From positions 288,001-352,000 of the forward strand of contig CAVYZN010000032.1 of assembly GCA_963773065.1 (NCBI GenBank): a DNA stretch of 64,000 bases. Direction: 5' to 3'. The notes beneath the pieces were generated by a model, which was not told where the DNA came from, made no database searches, and saw only the letters and a list, made by a program, of their open reading frames with translations. Position 1 is the first letter of the stretch; every line of letters begins with the position of its first letter. The position numbers were made by a program, and so were the translations under genes. This DNA is from an uncultured Gammaproteobacteria bacterium (GTDB lineage Bacteria > Pseudomonadota > Gammaproteobacteria > UBA9214). Shown in pieces: positions 24,104-38,642 of this stretch.

Positions 24104-26116
24104 ATGAAAGCAACGTTTGATGTAAAGCTGTTGGGATCCAGTAACTGGATGCGGTTTCTAACCTTCTTGATGGTGTGCGCGGTTTGGGCCATGGTAGGTG
24201 TGCTGGTGCATGTCGGCAATCAGGCCGAGACCGATCAGCGCAGTCTTGAAGCCATTGGTGAACAGCAGGTGCTTTCGCAACGCATCGCCAAATATGCGCT
24301 GGCCGCATCGAGCGGAGATCGTGTGGCTTTTGACCAGCTTGCCCAGGCAAAAGAACGGTTTGTCAGTATTCTTGCCGCGCAGCGTGCGGAATTTGCGCCC
24401 GGGGCGGGAGCGAAAGGCGGCCCCCTGACAGATGCGTTTCTGGCATTCGAGACGAGCTGGGACGGTTTCAGCCGCGGCGTTGACACAGTCCTCAACGGTA
24501 AGGCGCTGATATTGGCCGTGGCCGAAGCGGCAGAGGTCATGAACGAGGTAATGCCCGCCTTGCTTGAGAACAGCGAGGATGTCGTCGGTATCCTGGTGGG
24601 AAACGGAGCCAGTGGTTCCCAGATCAGCCTTGCCAGTCGTCAATCAGTGCTCAGTCAGCGCATCGTGAACAACATTAACAAGATCATGACTGATGAGGAT
24701 ATCAAGGCGGCGGCCGCGGCCTTCGCGGAAGATACCAGCGAGTTTAGCCGCGTGCTCGATGGCATGATTCATGACCGAAATGGCGTGCAGGCGGTGAGTG
24801 ACAAGGCGGCTCAAGCCAAGTTGCATCAGATTGCCTTGCTGTTCGGACGCGTCAGCGACCATGTGGGGGCGGTTGTCGACAATTCCAAGGAATTGGTCAG
24901 CGCACAGGCGGCGGCGAAATCCGTTTCCCTACAGGGTGAGCGGCTTTTCGAGACAACGGATGAATTCAAGGATGCCTACGTCGGAGCCGCGGATAAACGG
25001 CTTGTATCCATGCAACTGGCCTATCTGCTGGGAGCGGTGGCGCTGTTTATCTTGTTCTGGATGAGTTTTGAGACTCTGCGCAGCCAGAAACGCCGCAGCA
25101 AGGTCATCGAGGATGAGAACACGCGGAACCAGGAAGCCATCATGCGTTTGCTGGACGAGATGGGTGATCTGGCCGAGGGTGATCTGACAGTGCGGGCCAC
25201 GGTGACCGAGGACTTTACGGGTTCGATTGCCGACTCGATCAACGTTACTGTCGACTCTCTGCGAGGTCTGGTCAAGACCATAAACATTACCTCGAGACAG
25301 TTGTCTACGGCGGTACATGAGACGGAGGAAATCGCCCAGCAGCTCTCTAAGGCGAGTGAGAAGCAGTTGAACGACATAGCCAGTACCAGCTCTGCGATAA
25401 ATGCCATGACCTATTCTCTGGACGAGGTCTCGGAAAATGCCAGCGAGTCGTCCAAGGTGGCTATGGGCTCGGTCCAGATCGCCAAGAATGGCGGTAACGC
25501 CGTGAAACGCACGATGGAGGGTATGGGTACGATCCGCGAGCATATCCAGGAAACATCCAAACGCATCAAGCGGCTCGGTGAAAGCTCCCAGGAAATCGGC
25601 GACATCGTTGAACTTATCAACGATATCGCCGAGCAGACGAACATACTGGCTTTGAATGCCTCCATTCAGGCAGCCATGGCCGGAGAGGCGGGACGTGGTT
25701 TTGCGGTTGTGGCGGATGAAGTGCAGCGCCTGGCAGAACGTTCCGCAAACGCGACCAAGCAGATTGAGGCACTGGTCAAGGCAATTCAGGCGGATACCAA
25801 CGAGGCGGTCATCTCGATGGAGAAGAGCACCTCGGGTGTGGTGAATGGCACCCGGCTGGCTGAGGATGCCGGCGGCGCGCTGGAGGAGATCGAAAGCGTA
25901 TCCGAGCAGCTCGCCAGTCTGATTCAGACCATCTCGGGTGCCGCGAGGCAACAGACGGCGGCGGCGGCAGAGATATCGAAAACCATGAATGGTATTCAGG
26001 ATGTGACGACGCAAACCGCCGCCGGTACGCAACGTACGTCACAATCCATCGGTAACCTGGCACGACTGGCGCAGGATCTCGATAAATCCGTTGCGGGTTT
26101 CAAACTGCCGCATTGA
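24104..26116 (+). CDS. pilJ: Methyl-accepting chemotaxis protein PilJ
   Basis: Two TM helices with PilJ periplasmic repeats (LSQRI), a HAMP domain, and the MCP tip QTNILALNASIQAAMAGEAGRGFAVVA. Confidence 0.95.
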   Translation: MKATFDVKLLGSSNWMRFLTFLMVCAVWAMVGVLVHVGNQAETDQRSLEAIGEQQVLSQRIAKYALAASSGDRVAFDQLAQAKERFVSILAAQRAEFAPGAGAKGGPLTDAFLAFETSWDGFSRGVDTVLNGKALILAVAEAAEVMNEVMPALLENSEDVVGILVGNGASGSQISLASRQSVLSQRIVNNINKIMTDEDIKAAAAAFAEDTSEFSRVLDGMIHDRNGVQAVSDKAAQAKLHQIALLFGRVSDHVGAVVDNSKELVSAQAAAKSVSLQGERLFETTDEFKDAYVGAADKRLVSMQLAYLLGAVALFILFWMSFETLRSQKRRSKVIEDENTRNQEAIMRLLDEMGDLAEGDLTVRATVTEDFTGSIADSINVTVDSLRGLVKTINITSRQLSTAVHETEEIAQQLSKASEKQLNDIASTSSAINAMTYSLDEVSENASESSKVAMGSVQIAKNGGNAVKRTMEGMGTIREHIQETSKRIKRLGESSQEIGDIVELINDIAEQTNILALNASIQAAMAGEAGRGFAVVADEVQRLAERSANATKQIEALVKAIQADTNEAVISMEKSTSGVVNGTRLAEDAGGALEEIESVSEQLASLIQTISGAARQQTAAAAEISKTMNGIQDVTTQTAAGTQRTSQSIGNLARLAQDLDKSVAGFKLPH

Positions 26117-26243
26117 CCTCGTGATGTCCTTGCCTGTTAAACAGGCGGGCTGCGATCTCCTTGCATTGAGGGTTTGCATTATTGTTCACCAGGTGTGCCG
26201 GTGGTCTCCAGGCTAGGGACTACGGGAGAGGCTGACGGGAAAA

Positions 26244-29200
26244 ATGATGAGCGAAGAGATCGATTACACTGCCATGAACTGGGTCAGACATGAACTCAAC
26301 GAGAAGTTGATGCAGGCCCGCCAGTGCCTTGAGAAGTTTGCAGAGACTCCGGGAAACACAGAACCCTTGAAGGAATGCATGAGCAGTCTGCATCAGGCGC
26401 GCGGACCATTGCAAATGGTCGAACTGCAGGGCGCAGACCGACTCGCATCGGAGATGGAGGGTGTCGTCGATGCCCTGATACAGGAACGGATTGAGCCGAC
26501 GGAGGCGACACTGGAGATTCTGATGCAGGCTTTTATTCAGCTACCGGACTACCTGTCGCGACTCAGAAGCGGGCGGCGTGAAGTGCCCGTTGTATTGTTG
26601 CCGCTCATTAACCGCCTGCGCGCTGTCTGCGGCCAGGAACCGCTGCCGGAGAACGTCATCTTCAGTCCCGACCTGACAATACCCGTACCGGCCGCTTGTT
26701 TTAACTCGCAGCTACTTGACGAGTTGCCCGATGTGCGGGAACTTGCGCGCACCTATCGACAACGTTTTCAGACCGGGCTTGTGGAATGGTACCGTGGGGG
26801 TAAGAACAGCAGCGGCCTGCACAAGCTGCATGAGGTGCTCGCAAGTCTCCAGCAGGGCTCCAGGCACGAGGCGGCGGCGCGTCTATGGTGGTTCAGCGCC
26901 GGTCTTTCCGAAGCCCTGACGAGGGGTGCTCTACCCCCATCCACCGATATCAAGCAGTTGTTCGGGCGCATTGAACGCCAGCTCAAACGGCTGATTGACG
27001 TCGGGGAGGCGGCTTTTTCAGGAACAATCCCCGAAGATCTGCTGAAGCTGCTGTTGTTCCATATCCTTCAGGCAGACACCTCGGCAGGCCGCGTCGGGGA
27101 CATCAGGGAGAACTATGCACCGCGTGAATCAGACCGCTGTGCGGCGACCGAGAGTCTTGCCGGACGCAATGAGGAGCTGCTCAACAGCGTGTCCGTGGCG
27201 TCGTGTGAAAGGCTTGAGCAGATCAAGACGCGACTCGACGGCTTCATGCGTGCGGGCATGGGGGAACTGACAGACCTTTCGGCCATCGCCGATGATATGC
27301 ATGGATTGGGAAATACCGTCGGCATGATCGGTATGGAGCATGCGGGCCGGATACTGGCGGAGCATGAACGAACTGCCCGCGCTATGATAGAGGGCAATCA
27401 GCCCGTCGATGTATCCGGGCTGATGCACATGGCGGATGCCATGCTGGCGGTTGAGGCGGCGCTCAGGGATGTTCACGTCGGTGAAGCAGCCCTAGTACAG
27501 GCGGAAACAACGCAGGATCTTGCCTACAGACAGGGACTCGATGCCGTCATCCGTGAAATCGCCACCGATATGACTGACGTCAGGGAGCGTATCGATAACT
27601 ATATCAAGATGCCGGATAGGCGCGATGTACTTGCCGGCGTGCCGGTGATTCTCGATCGGGTCAGGGGTAGTCTGCTGCTGGCGGAACAGGAGCGTGCCGC
27701 GGGTCTGGTCACGCAGATCTGCGATTACATCTCGCAAGAGTTGATCGCTGCTGCGCAGGTTCCTGATGATCGGCAGATGGATACCCTTGCCGATGCCATT
27801 TGCGGTATCGAATATTATGTCGAGGCACTGAAGGAAAACCCCAGCCCTGGCGGCAGGCTGCTTGATGTCGCGGAACAGAGTTTGGCCAATTTGGTTTATT
27901 CATCAGTATCTCGCGGGATGCAAGCACGTGCGGGGCAAGCGGGTAGAGTCGCGGTTTCCTTCACCGTCCATCCTGCTGTGCCGGATGCGCCTGTCATCAC
28001 CGCTCTCCAGGTTATTGCCGATGATGTAGACAGGGAAATACTCGATGTATTTATCGAGGAGGCCGAGGCGGAAATCGCTCTGCTTGCTCACCTGCTTCCC
28101 AAGTGCATGACCGATGCGGGGAACGGCGAAATGCTGGAAACTATCCGCCGGGCGTTACACACCCTCAAGGGAAGTGGCCGCATGGTTGGCGCCATGGCCC
28201 TGGGTGAATTCGCCTGGAGCTTCGAGCGTCTCCTCAAGCAGTTTATGGATGCATCGGCCGGTTCCGGCGAGGAGCAGCTCAAGTTGCTGGCGCGGGTAAC
28301 CGGTCCACTGTCGCAATTACTGGAACAGATCAAGGGAGGACCGGCACCCGAAGCGGATGTCAATGACCTGGTTGTACAGGCAGTCAGGCTGATGCATCCC
28401 GGCACGCCGCGAGCCCGCCCGCTCTGCTGGCGAGGCGCCCGCGGCTACGGATCCAACAGCGGCTAGCAAGACTGTTGACGATATAGAGGCAACACCAGCG
28501 GTGCATGAGCGCATCAATGCCGCCGTCGGCCGATGCCGAAGCAGTCACCGTGACAGTGGTAAATGAATTGCCGGTACTGTCCCAGAATGCGGACCCGGAG
28601 ATTGTCGAGATATTTCTGGAAGAAGCTGCCGATGAGCTGGCGGCGATTTCAGAAAACCTGCCGCAATGGATCAACAACCCCCGCAACCAGGAGGCGCTGG
28701 CGAGGGTACGCCGGGCATTCCACACCCTCAAAGGCAGTGGCCGCATGGCAGGAGCCATGGTTGTCGGCGAGTTTTCCTGGGCGATAGAAAGCCTTCTGAA
28801 TCGTGTCATCGACGGATCAATCGAGGTAAGCGGTGATCTCATGGCGTTTCTCGGCCAGGTATCCACACCCTTATCCGAGCTAATCAGTCAGGTCAATGGT
28901 GGTGTCGAACCGGTTGCTGATTTCCGTGCGGTCATGGAGGCCGCTCAGAAACTGACGCATGGCGAATGCAACATGCTGCCGGGACCCGGTGTCGAGACCG
29001 GCATAACGGGGGCGCCGGCGGGTGTCGCGGCGCAGTCCGGAGTGTATGCCGAAGACGCTGAGCCGGAACTGCTCGAAATCTTCGGGCGGGAATGCCGGGA
29101 TCATCTGAATTCGATGCGCACCTTCATCGACGGTTGCGAGCATGGTGATAAAGCCTGCCATGTCTCGGAGCCACTCTACCGCGCGTTGCATACCCTGGCG

Positions 29201-32108
29201 GGTATTGCGGAGTCTGCGCAAGTGCCCTTCATCAAAATGCTGGCCGGTGAGCTCTATAGCTATTTCGGGGCGGTGGAAGAGGCGCAACAGCCAGCCGGAC
29301 GCGATGCCGTAGAGGTACTCAGGGCATGCACGGCGGCGATGTCAGAGCTTGTCGACAGGCTACCTGACACCACATTCGATGCACAACTGCTGCAATCGTT
29401 GCAGGAACGCATCCGGTGCCTGCCGCGGATTGAAGCCCAGGAGCAGCCTTCCGGGGAAGGGGCGCTCTTTCAGGATGTCCCTCAGGAAGAACCGGTTGAG
29501 GCGAATGGCGGCGATACCGGGCCGGTTCCGTATACCACCGCACCGACGGTTGCAGTCGAGCCGGTTGCGGCTGCGGCAGCAGACCTTGCAACGCCGGCCC
29601 GGGCCGTTGACCATTATGCCCATCTGGATGCCGAGTTGCTCGAGGTCTTCCTGGAGGAAGCGGGAGAGATCATTGAAAGCAGCGAGTCCACCCTGCATGC
29701 CTGGGTGGAGGATCCCGGCCACCGGGAGCTGATAAATGAATTCCAGCGCCAGTTGCATACCTTGAAAGGCGGTGCCCGCATGGTCGATATCACCGCCATC
29801 GGCAACTTGAGCCACAGCCTGGAAACGCTCCTGACGCGGGTTGTCGACGGGCATGTCGAGACTTCCGATCGGTTGTTCGGGCTGCTGCAGCATGCGCACG
29901 ACCGTCTCGCCGACATGTTCGAGAAGGTCAAGGCCCGTGAAGTCCCGGACAACGTTGAGGAGCTGGTGGAACAACTGAACCGCCTTGGTCATGAGGATGA
30001 GGCTGCCGTGGCCGAAGCGACGGTAGCGGAGGTAGCGGGACAGGTTGAATCCGAAGTATCGACCCAGACGGGGCAAGAGTACGTCGCCCCGCTCGGGCAG
30101 GACCGGCAAGACATCGCCGGCACTCTGGATGTACCGGTAGCGGCCGTGGTGTTCGATGCCGTCGACCAGGTGCTTGCAGGGGGATCTCCGCCCGATACTC
30201 TCAGGGAGGGCGAGGTCATGCCGCGCCAGCCTGAACGGCGCAAGGCATCGCGTGTGCGTGGTGAACAGGTACGCGTGCAGGCGGAACTGCTCGACAGCCT
30301 GGTTAACTATGCAGGCGAAATCAACATTTACCGCGCCCGTCTGGATCAGCAAATCGGCGTTTACCGGTTCAACCTTGCCGAGCTGCACCAGACCATCAAC
30401 CGCGTGCGCGACCAGTTGCGTCAATTCGAGATCGAAACGGAAACCCAGATACTGCACCGGTTCGAGCGGGAAGCCGAAGACCGGAATCTTGACTTCGATC
30501 CGCTGGAAATGGACCGCTATTCGAACCTGCAGCAGTTGTCACGTTCGCTGGTGGAGACGATCAGCGATCTGCACAGCATCCAGGAACTGCTGGACAACAC
30601 GACACGGGAAACGGAATCGCTGTTGCTGCAGCAATCGCGCGTCAGCACGGATCTGCAGGAAGGACTGATGCGGGCGCGCATGATTCCGTTTGCCGGACTC
30701 GCCCCGCGCTTGCGGCGTATCGTGCGCCAGGCCGCCGAGGAGCTGGGCAAGAAGGTCGAGCTTACGCTCGATGGCGCCGATGGCGAGATGGACCGTAACG
30801 TGATCGAAAGGATCATCGCACCGCTTGAGCATATGTTGCGCAATGCCGTCGATCACGGCATCGAACAGCCGGGACAGCGCAGGGAAGCGGGCAAGCCGGA
30901 GACGGGTACGGTCAGGATTGCCTTTCACCGGGAGGGTCCGGAAATCGTGCTCCAGGTCGCGGATGACGGCAGGGGTATCAACCATGAAGCCGTACGCGAG
31001 CGGGCCGTTGAACGCGGCCTGATTGCAGAGCATGCGCAACTCACTGACAGCGAAATCATGCAGTTCGTAGTGCAGACGGGCTTCAGCACGGCCGCCAAGG
31101 TGACTCAGATTTCAGGGCGTGGCGTGGGCATGGATGTCGTGAACAGCGAGGTCAAGCAGCTTGGCGGCTCGCTGCATATCGCTTCCAGCCCCGGCAGGGG
31201 CAGTATTTTCACCATACGCCTGCCGTACACCCTGGCAATCAACCAGGCGCTGCTGGTCAGGGCGGGAGAGGACACGTACTGTGTTCCGCTCGGCACGATC
31301 GAAGGCGTAGTCCGCGTCGATGCGGAGATTCTTTCAGAATGCTACAAGACGCCGGGATGCGGCCTACCGGTATGCGGGCAACGCCTATCAGTTGCATCAT
31401 CTCGGGACATTGCTGAAGCGTGGCAGCATGAATCTGGAGGGAGCGCAGGGACGCATACCGGTGCTGCTGGCTCGCATCGGCGAAAAACGGCTTGCCCTGC
31501 AGGTGGAGGCACTCATCGGCAATCGTGAAATCGTGGTCAAGCCGCTGGGCGCGCAACTGAGCAGCGTACACGGGGTATCGGGCGCCACGATCCTCGGTGA
31601 CGGCCGCGTCATTCTCATTCTGGATATGGCGGCTGTGGGCCGCATGGCCGTCAAGCCGCAGGCGCCGTCGATGGCGGCTGAAAGAAGCGCCAGTGAAAGG
31701 CTGCTGGTCATGGTGGTCGATGATTCGATTACCGTGCGCAAGGTGACGACCCGCCTGCTGGAACGCTACGGGTTTGACGTGATGACGGCGAAGGACGGCG
31801 TGGACGCCATGAGCCTGCTGCAGGATCGCATTCCCGATGTCATGCTGCTCGACATAGAGATGCCGCGCATGGACGGTTTTGAGCTTGCCAGGCACGTACG
31901 CAATGATGAACGGCTGCGGCATATCCCGATCACCATCATTACTTCACGCACCGGCGACAAGCACCGCGAACGGGCAATGCAGATCGGCGTAAACCATTAC
32001 CTCGGCAAACCATTCCAGGAACATGAACTGCTGAAAACCATACATCGCCTGATCGGCATACCCATGACGGATGAACAGGACCAGGCCGATGTTTACGGTC
32101 AGGCTTAA
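26244..32108 (+). CDS. chpA: Multi-Hpt hybrid histidine kinase ChpA (frameshifted into three ORFs)
   Basis: Several Hpt motifs (LHQARG, HTLKGSG twice, HTLAG, HTLKGG), HATPase (LRNAVDHG, DDGRG, SGRGVGMD), CheW and C-terminal receiver domains. Frame breaks near 28410-28530 and 31350. Confidence 0.9.
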
Positions 32109-32135
32109 ACCCGCACACCTGCGAGGAACCATCAA

Positions 32136-32600
32136 ATGAGCATCATCCCGGATCAGGTCCGCACACTGTGGATACCGTTGCGTGAGGTAAACCTGCTGCT
32201 GCCGCATGTGGCGGTCGCGGAAGTTGGCAATTACCGTGTGCCGGACAAGCAACACGATACGCCGGATTGGCTGCTGGGTACGATGGACTGGCGTGGCCAG
32301 ATAATCCCGGTGGTATCGCTCGAACTGCTGTGCGGGGACAAGATTCCGGCCAACCTGGTTTATTCGCGCCTCATAATCATCAATTCCGTACGGACTAACA
32401 GTCCGGTGCGCCACTACGCCATCGTGGCGGCAGGTCTGCCGCGCCCGGTTCAGTTTGATAACACGGTCGTGGATGATGTCGAGACCTGCGACCTGCCGGC
32501 ATTGCAATGTCGTGTGTACGTCGGCCGTGAGCGGGCGGTGATACCGGACCTTGATTACCTGCAGGGGCTGCTGGAGCAGCACTGGCGTGCAGCGGCCTGA
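32136..32600 (+). CDS. chpC: CheW-like protein ChpC
   Basis: Motifs LLLPHVAVAEV, WLLGTMDWRG and IPDLD; follows chpA. Confidence 0.85.
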   Translation: MSIIPDQVRTLWIPLREVNLLLPHVAVAEVGNYRVPDKQHDTPDWLLGTMDWRGQIIPVVSLELLCGDKIPANLVYSRLIIINSVRTNSPVRHYAIVAAGLPRPVQFDNTVVDDVETCDLPALQCRVYVGRERAVIPDLDYLQGLLEQHWRAAA

Positions 32601-32696
32601 GTAAGACTGCCTGCCGCGGTTCGCACGGGAGCGGGCGTTTATCTCCTGCCCATGCCCAGGAAGGCAGCGCGGGCGGGCGGGTGCCGCAAACGGCTC

Positions 32697-33433
32697 TCAG
32701 CGCAAGTCACCCCACAAGGCCTGCAGGCCGGCAAGCATGGCCAGGGCGGCGGTTTCCGTACGCAGGATGCGCGGCCCAAGCCGCACGACGCTGAATCCCG
32801 CTGCCGCTGCCAGTCTCGTCTCCTCGGCGCTGATACCGCCTTCCGGCCCCACCAGCAACAGGATGGAATCACCAGGAGGCTGCATATCGCCCAGTGATTG
32901 TTGCGCGTCAGGGTTTAGCAGTACACGGCAGCCATAGCGGCGACCGGCATTCAGCCAGGACTGGTATTCAGCCGGTGTTTCCAGCGCCGGCAGGGTGGCG
33001 CGTCCGCATTGCTCACAGGCGCTGATTACCACGCCCTGCCAGTGGCGCATGCGTTTCTCCAGCCGGTCGCCCTTGGGGCGCGTCTGACTGCGTGCAGTCC
33101 ACAGCGGTTGCACGGCCGTGACTCCCAGTTCGACGGCCTTTTGCAGGATTAGGTCCATGCGGTCTCCGCGCGGAATCCCTTGGGCGAGGGTGATCGCGAG
33201 CCGCGGCTCGGGAATGCTCGCCGCCGCCTTGCCCACCTCGATCATCACCACGCGCGCGCCTTACCTCGAGGATCGATCGCCTCGTGCTCGCACCCTTGTC
33301 CGTTGAAAACCTTCACTGCCGCGCCGGGACGCAGGCGCAGTACGTGCGTGACATGGTGGGCGGCCTGTTCGCCGAGTCCCAGGATTTCTCCCTGGGCAAG
33401 AGGCTGCGGCAGGTAGAGTCGTGGTACGCGCAT
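32697..33433 (-). CDS. rsmE: 16S rRNA m3U1498 methyltransferase (frameshifted near 33260)
   Basis: Motifs HVLRLRPG, QKAVELGV, SACEQCGR, VGPEGG and LGPRILRTETA. Confidence 0.93.
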
Positions 33434-33440
33434 GGCGTGC

Positions 33441-34792
33441 TCAGGTTCGTGGTGGCCTGGTCGATGCCGCTTAGCGCCACCTCGGCCAGCAGGGCGATTT
33501 CATCCGGGGCGATGACGTAGGGCGGCATGAAATAGACGACGTTGCCGAGCGGCCGCAGCAGCACGCCGTGGGCGAGGGCGTATTGATAAACATCGAGCCC
33601 GCGCCGTTCCTGCCAGGGGTAGGGCGTGCGGCTGCGCTTCTCGCGCACCATCTCGATCGCGAGGATCATGCCGGTCTGCCGGACTTCGCCGACATGCGGG
33701 TGTTCGCCGATGGGCGCGGCGGCCTGCTGCATGGCGGCCGCGAGCGCTTTGTTCTTCTCGATGACTTCACCATCCCCGAACAGATCGAGCGTGGCCAGGG
33801 CGGCGCGGCAGCCGAGCGGGTTGCCGGTGTAGCTGTGGGAATGCAGGAACGCCTTCAGCCGGCGGTAGTCGTCGTAGAAAGCAGTCGTAGATGGCATTGC
33901 GCGTCAGCACCACGGAGAGCGGCAGATAACCGCCGGTGAGCCCCTTGGACAGGCACAGGAAGTCGGGCGTGATGCCGGCCTGTTCGCAGGCGAACAGGGT
34001 GCCGGTGCGGCCGAATCCCACGGCGATCTCGTCGGCGATCAGGTGCACGCCATAGTGGTCGCAGGCATCACGCAGCAAGGCGAGGTATACCGGGTCATAC
34101 ATGCGCATGCCGCCCGCGCACTGTACCAGCGGCTCGATGATGACGGCGCAGATCTCATCGGCATGCTGCGCCAGGGTTCTCTCCATGGGTTCGAATTGAC
34201 GCACGCTGCAATCATGCCAGGATTCGCCGGGTTCACGGTGATAGCAGTCGGGCGAGGGCACCGTAATGGTTTCCATCAGCAGCGGTCCGTAGGTCTGCCG
34301 GTAGAGTTCGACGCCGCCGACGGCCAGTGCGCCGAGGGTCTCACCGTGGTAGCTGTTGGCCAGGGTGACGAACCGGGTTTTGCCGGGTTTGTTCTGGTTC
34401 AGCCAGGCATGGAAACTCATCTTGAGCGCGACCTCGATGGCGGAGGAGCCGTTGTCGGCGTAAAAGCAGCGCTCCAGGCCGGGCGGCGTGATGGCGATCA
34501 GGCGCTCCGAGAGTTCAATAACGGCTTCGTGGGTGAAGCCGGCGAGCAGGACATGCTCCAGGGTTTCGAGCTGCGCGTTGAGCGCGGCATTGATGTGCGG
34601 GTGGCTGTGCCCGAACAGGTTGACCCACCAGGAACTGATGGCGTCGAGGTAGCGGTTGCCGTCGAAGTCCTCCAGCCAGACGCCCTTGCCCCTGCGCACC
34701 GGTATGAGCGGCAGCCATTCGTGGTCCTTCATCTGTGTGCAGGGATGCCACACAGCGGCGAGGTCACGCCGGACGAGGTCGATATTCGGCAT
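33441..34792 (-). CDS. bioA: Adenosylmethionine-8-amino-7-oxononanoate aminotransferase (frameshifted near 33880)
   Basis: Motifs [35 protein letters not shown] and SKGLTGG. The second frame gives [10 protein letters not shown] and [13 protein letters not shown]. Confidence 0.92.
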
Positions 34793-34926
34793 GGCTGGCA
34801 ATATACAAGACTAGGACGGATTTACTAAGGTCTTCGTTGGTGGAGCACGACATTGCAGCGGCAAGACCCGGGATCGGCTTGTGAGAAAAAGCCGAATATA
34901 CGTCGCGTGGCGGGCTCGTGCGCCGC

Positions 34927-35784
34927 CTACCTGCCGCCCAGCCCCAGGTTCTTCCAGATGGCCATCGAGGGCTCGGCGCGATTGAGGGTGTAGAAATGCA
35001 GCCCCGGGGCGCCCTGTTCCAGCAGCCTTGCGCACAGCCGGGTGACGACGTCCATGCCGAAGGCGCGGATCGAATCGCTGTCATCATCAAAGGTTTCCAG
35101 GCGTTTGCGTATCCAGCGCGGAATTTCCGCCCCGCAGACATCCGAGAAACGCGCCAGTTGATGGTAGTTGGTGATCGGCATGATTCCGGGCACGATGGGA
35201 ATGTCGATGCCCAGCCGTTCGCAACGCTCGACGAAGTGAAAGTACGCATCGGGGTTGTAGAAATACTGGGTGATGGCGCTGTCCGCGCCGGCTTCGATTT
35301 TACGTTTGAAATTGTCCAGGTCCCGGTCGGGGCTGCTTGCCTGGGGGTGGTACTCGGGATAGGCGGCCACTTCGACGTGGAAGTGGTTTCCGGTTTCCTC
35401 GCGGATGAAGGTGACCAGTTCATTGGCGTAGCGGAAATCGCCGGGTTCAACCATGCCCGAGGGCATGTCCCCGCGCAGCGCCACGATGTGCCGGATGCCC
35501 TTTTCCCGGTAGGCGTGCAGCATCTCGCGGATGTTCTCACGCGTGGAACTGATGCAGGAGATGTGCGGCGCCGCATCGATACCGGATGACTCGTGGAGAT
35601 CGACGACGGTCTCGAACGTGCGGTCGCGCGTGGAACCGCCCGCGCCGAAGGTTACCGAGAAAAAACGCGGCTTCAGTCCGGCGAGGATCTGGCTGGTGGT
35701 TTCCAGTTTGATGACGCCGTCCCGGGTCTTGGGCGGGAAGAATTCGAAGCTGAAAACCGGTTGGTATTTTTTCTGGGATTCCAT
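34927..35784 (-). CDS. metF: 5,10-methylenetetrahydrofolate reductase
   Basis: Motifs SFEFFPPK, VTFGAGG, ALRGD, AITQYF and LHFYTLN. Confidence 0.97.
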   Translation of the reverse strand: MESQKKYQPVFSFEFFPPKTRDGVIKLETTSQILAGLKPRFFSVTFGAGGSTRDRTFETVVDLHESSGIDAAPHISCISSTRENIREMLHAYREKGIRHIVALRGDMPSGMVEPGDFRYANELVTFIREETGNHFHVEVAAYPEYHPQASSPDRDLDNFKRKIEAGADSAITQYFYNPDAYFHFVERCERLGIDIPIVPGIMPITNYHQLARFSDVCGAEIPRWIRKRLETFDDDSDSIRAFGMDVVTRLCARLLEQGAPGLHFYTLNRAEPSMAIWKNLGLGGR

Positions 35785-35899
35785 GGCTCGGACCGCACGG
35801 TTAGCGGGAGGCTGTTCATGCCGGGGGCTGGAAAGGCGCCTTACCGGCCCCGTGTAAGTACGGCGGGGCCATTACGTTGAAGCACTCTGTGGCCCGCGG

Positions 35900-37318
<1,419 letters not shown>

Positions 37319-37336
37319 GCTCTGCCTCGTGTATCC

Positions 37337-38518
37337 TCAGACGACACTTTCCATGTTGTGCAGGCCGGCCGCATCGCGCAGCGCCTCGGCCAGGTCGGTC
37401 CGTTCCCAACTGAATGCCTCATCCTCACGGCCGAAATGACCATAGGCCGCCGTGGCCTGGTAGATAGGCCTCAGCAGATCCAGCATCTTGATCAGGCCCC
37501 GCGGACGCAGGTCGAAGTATTCCCGGACCAGTTGCACCAGGCGCCCCTCGTCGATTTGTCCGGTGCCGAAGGTGTTGATGCTGATCGAGGTGGGTTCGGC
37601 CACGCCGATGGCGTAGGAGACCTGGAGTTCGCAGCGTTCCGCCAGCCCGGCGGCGACGATGTTCTTCGCGACATAGCGGGCGGCATAGGCGGCCGAACGA
37701 TCCACCTTGCTCGGGTCCTTGCCGGAGAAGGCGCCGCCGCCGTGGCGGGCCATGCCGCCGTAGGTGTCGACGATGATCTTGCGGCCGGTCAGTCCGCAGT
37801 CGCCCATCGGCCCGCCGATGACGAAGCGCCCGGTTGGGTTGATGAAAAAGCGGGTGTCCTTGTCCAACCATTCCGCCGGCAGTACGGGCAGGATGATTTC
37901 ATCCATGACGGCTTCGCGGATGGTCTTCAGGCTCATCTCCGGCCCGTGCTGGGTGGAGAGTACCACGGCATCGACGCCGGCAGGACGGCCCTTGTCATAG
38001 CGGAAAGTCACCTGGCTCTTGGCATCGGGGCGCAGCCAGGGCAGGGTGCCGTTCTTGCGCACCTCGGCCTGGCGTTTGACCAGGCGGTGGGCGTAGGTGA
38101 TCGGGGCGGGCATCAGGACGTCGGTTTCATCGGAGGCATAGCCGAACATCAGGCCCTGGTCACCGGCGCCCTGTTCATGGTCCTCGCGTTCATCCACCCC
38201 CATGGCGATATCCGCGGACTGCTTGCCGATGGCGTTGAGCACCGCGCAGGAGGCCCAGTCGAAGCCGATTTCCGAGCTGTTGTAGCCGATGTCCCGGACC
38301 GTGTGGCGCACGATCTCTTCCAGGTCGACCCACGCCGACGTGGTGACTTCACCGGCGATGATTACCATGCCGGTCTTGACCAGGGTTTCGCAGGCCACGC
38401 GCGCACGCGCATCCTGCCCCAGTATGGCGTCCAGAATCGCGTCGGAAATCTGGTCGGCGACCTTGTCCGGGTGCCCTTCGGAGACGGATTCGGAGGTAAA
38501 GGTCTGAAAGCTTTTCAT
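37337..38518 (-). CDS. metK: S-adenosylmethionine synthetase
   Basis: Motifs [17 protein letters not shown] and GGGAFSGKD. Confidence 0.98.
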   Translation of the reverse strand: MKSFQTFTSESVSEGHPDKVADQISDAILDAILGQDARARVACETLVKTGMVIIAGEVTTSAWVDLEEIVRHTVRDIGYNSSEIGFDWASCAVLNAIGKQSADIAMGVDEREDHEQGAGDQGLMFGYASDETDVLMPAPITYAHRLVKRQAEVRKNGTLPWLRPDAKSQVTFRYDKGRPAGVDAVVLSTQHGPEMSLKTIREAVMDEIILPVLPAEWLDKDTRFFINPTGRFVIGGPMGDCGLTGRKIIVDTYGGMARHGGGAFSGKDPSKVDRSAAYAARYVAKNIVAAGLAERCELQVSYAIGVAEPTSISINTFGTGQIDEGRLVQLVREYFDLRPRGLIKMLDLLRPIYQATAAYGHFGREDEAFSWERTDLAEALRDAAGLHNMESVV

Positions 38519-38642
38519 GTCTCTGTCCTGCGGCTGCTAATCAAGGTGAAAGCGCACAAGTCTACCCTACGATGGTGATATTTTCATCCCTCGCGACTTT
38601 TCCTAGAGTTGCGGCTCATTACCAGGTGGGAGAATGCTTGCG

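Noticed and set aside
28400-28530. chpA as two genuine genes
   Set aside because: A third frame bridges the gap with a plausible Ala/Pro/Thr linker, and no clear RBS precedes 28505, so indel errors are more likely.
33313-33897. bioA C-terminus reading through into rsmE as an extended protein
   Set aside because: An out-of-frame TGA at 33441-33443, just before the rsmE ATG, suggests another 1-bp indel.
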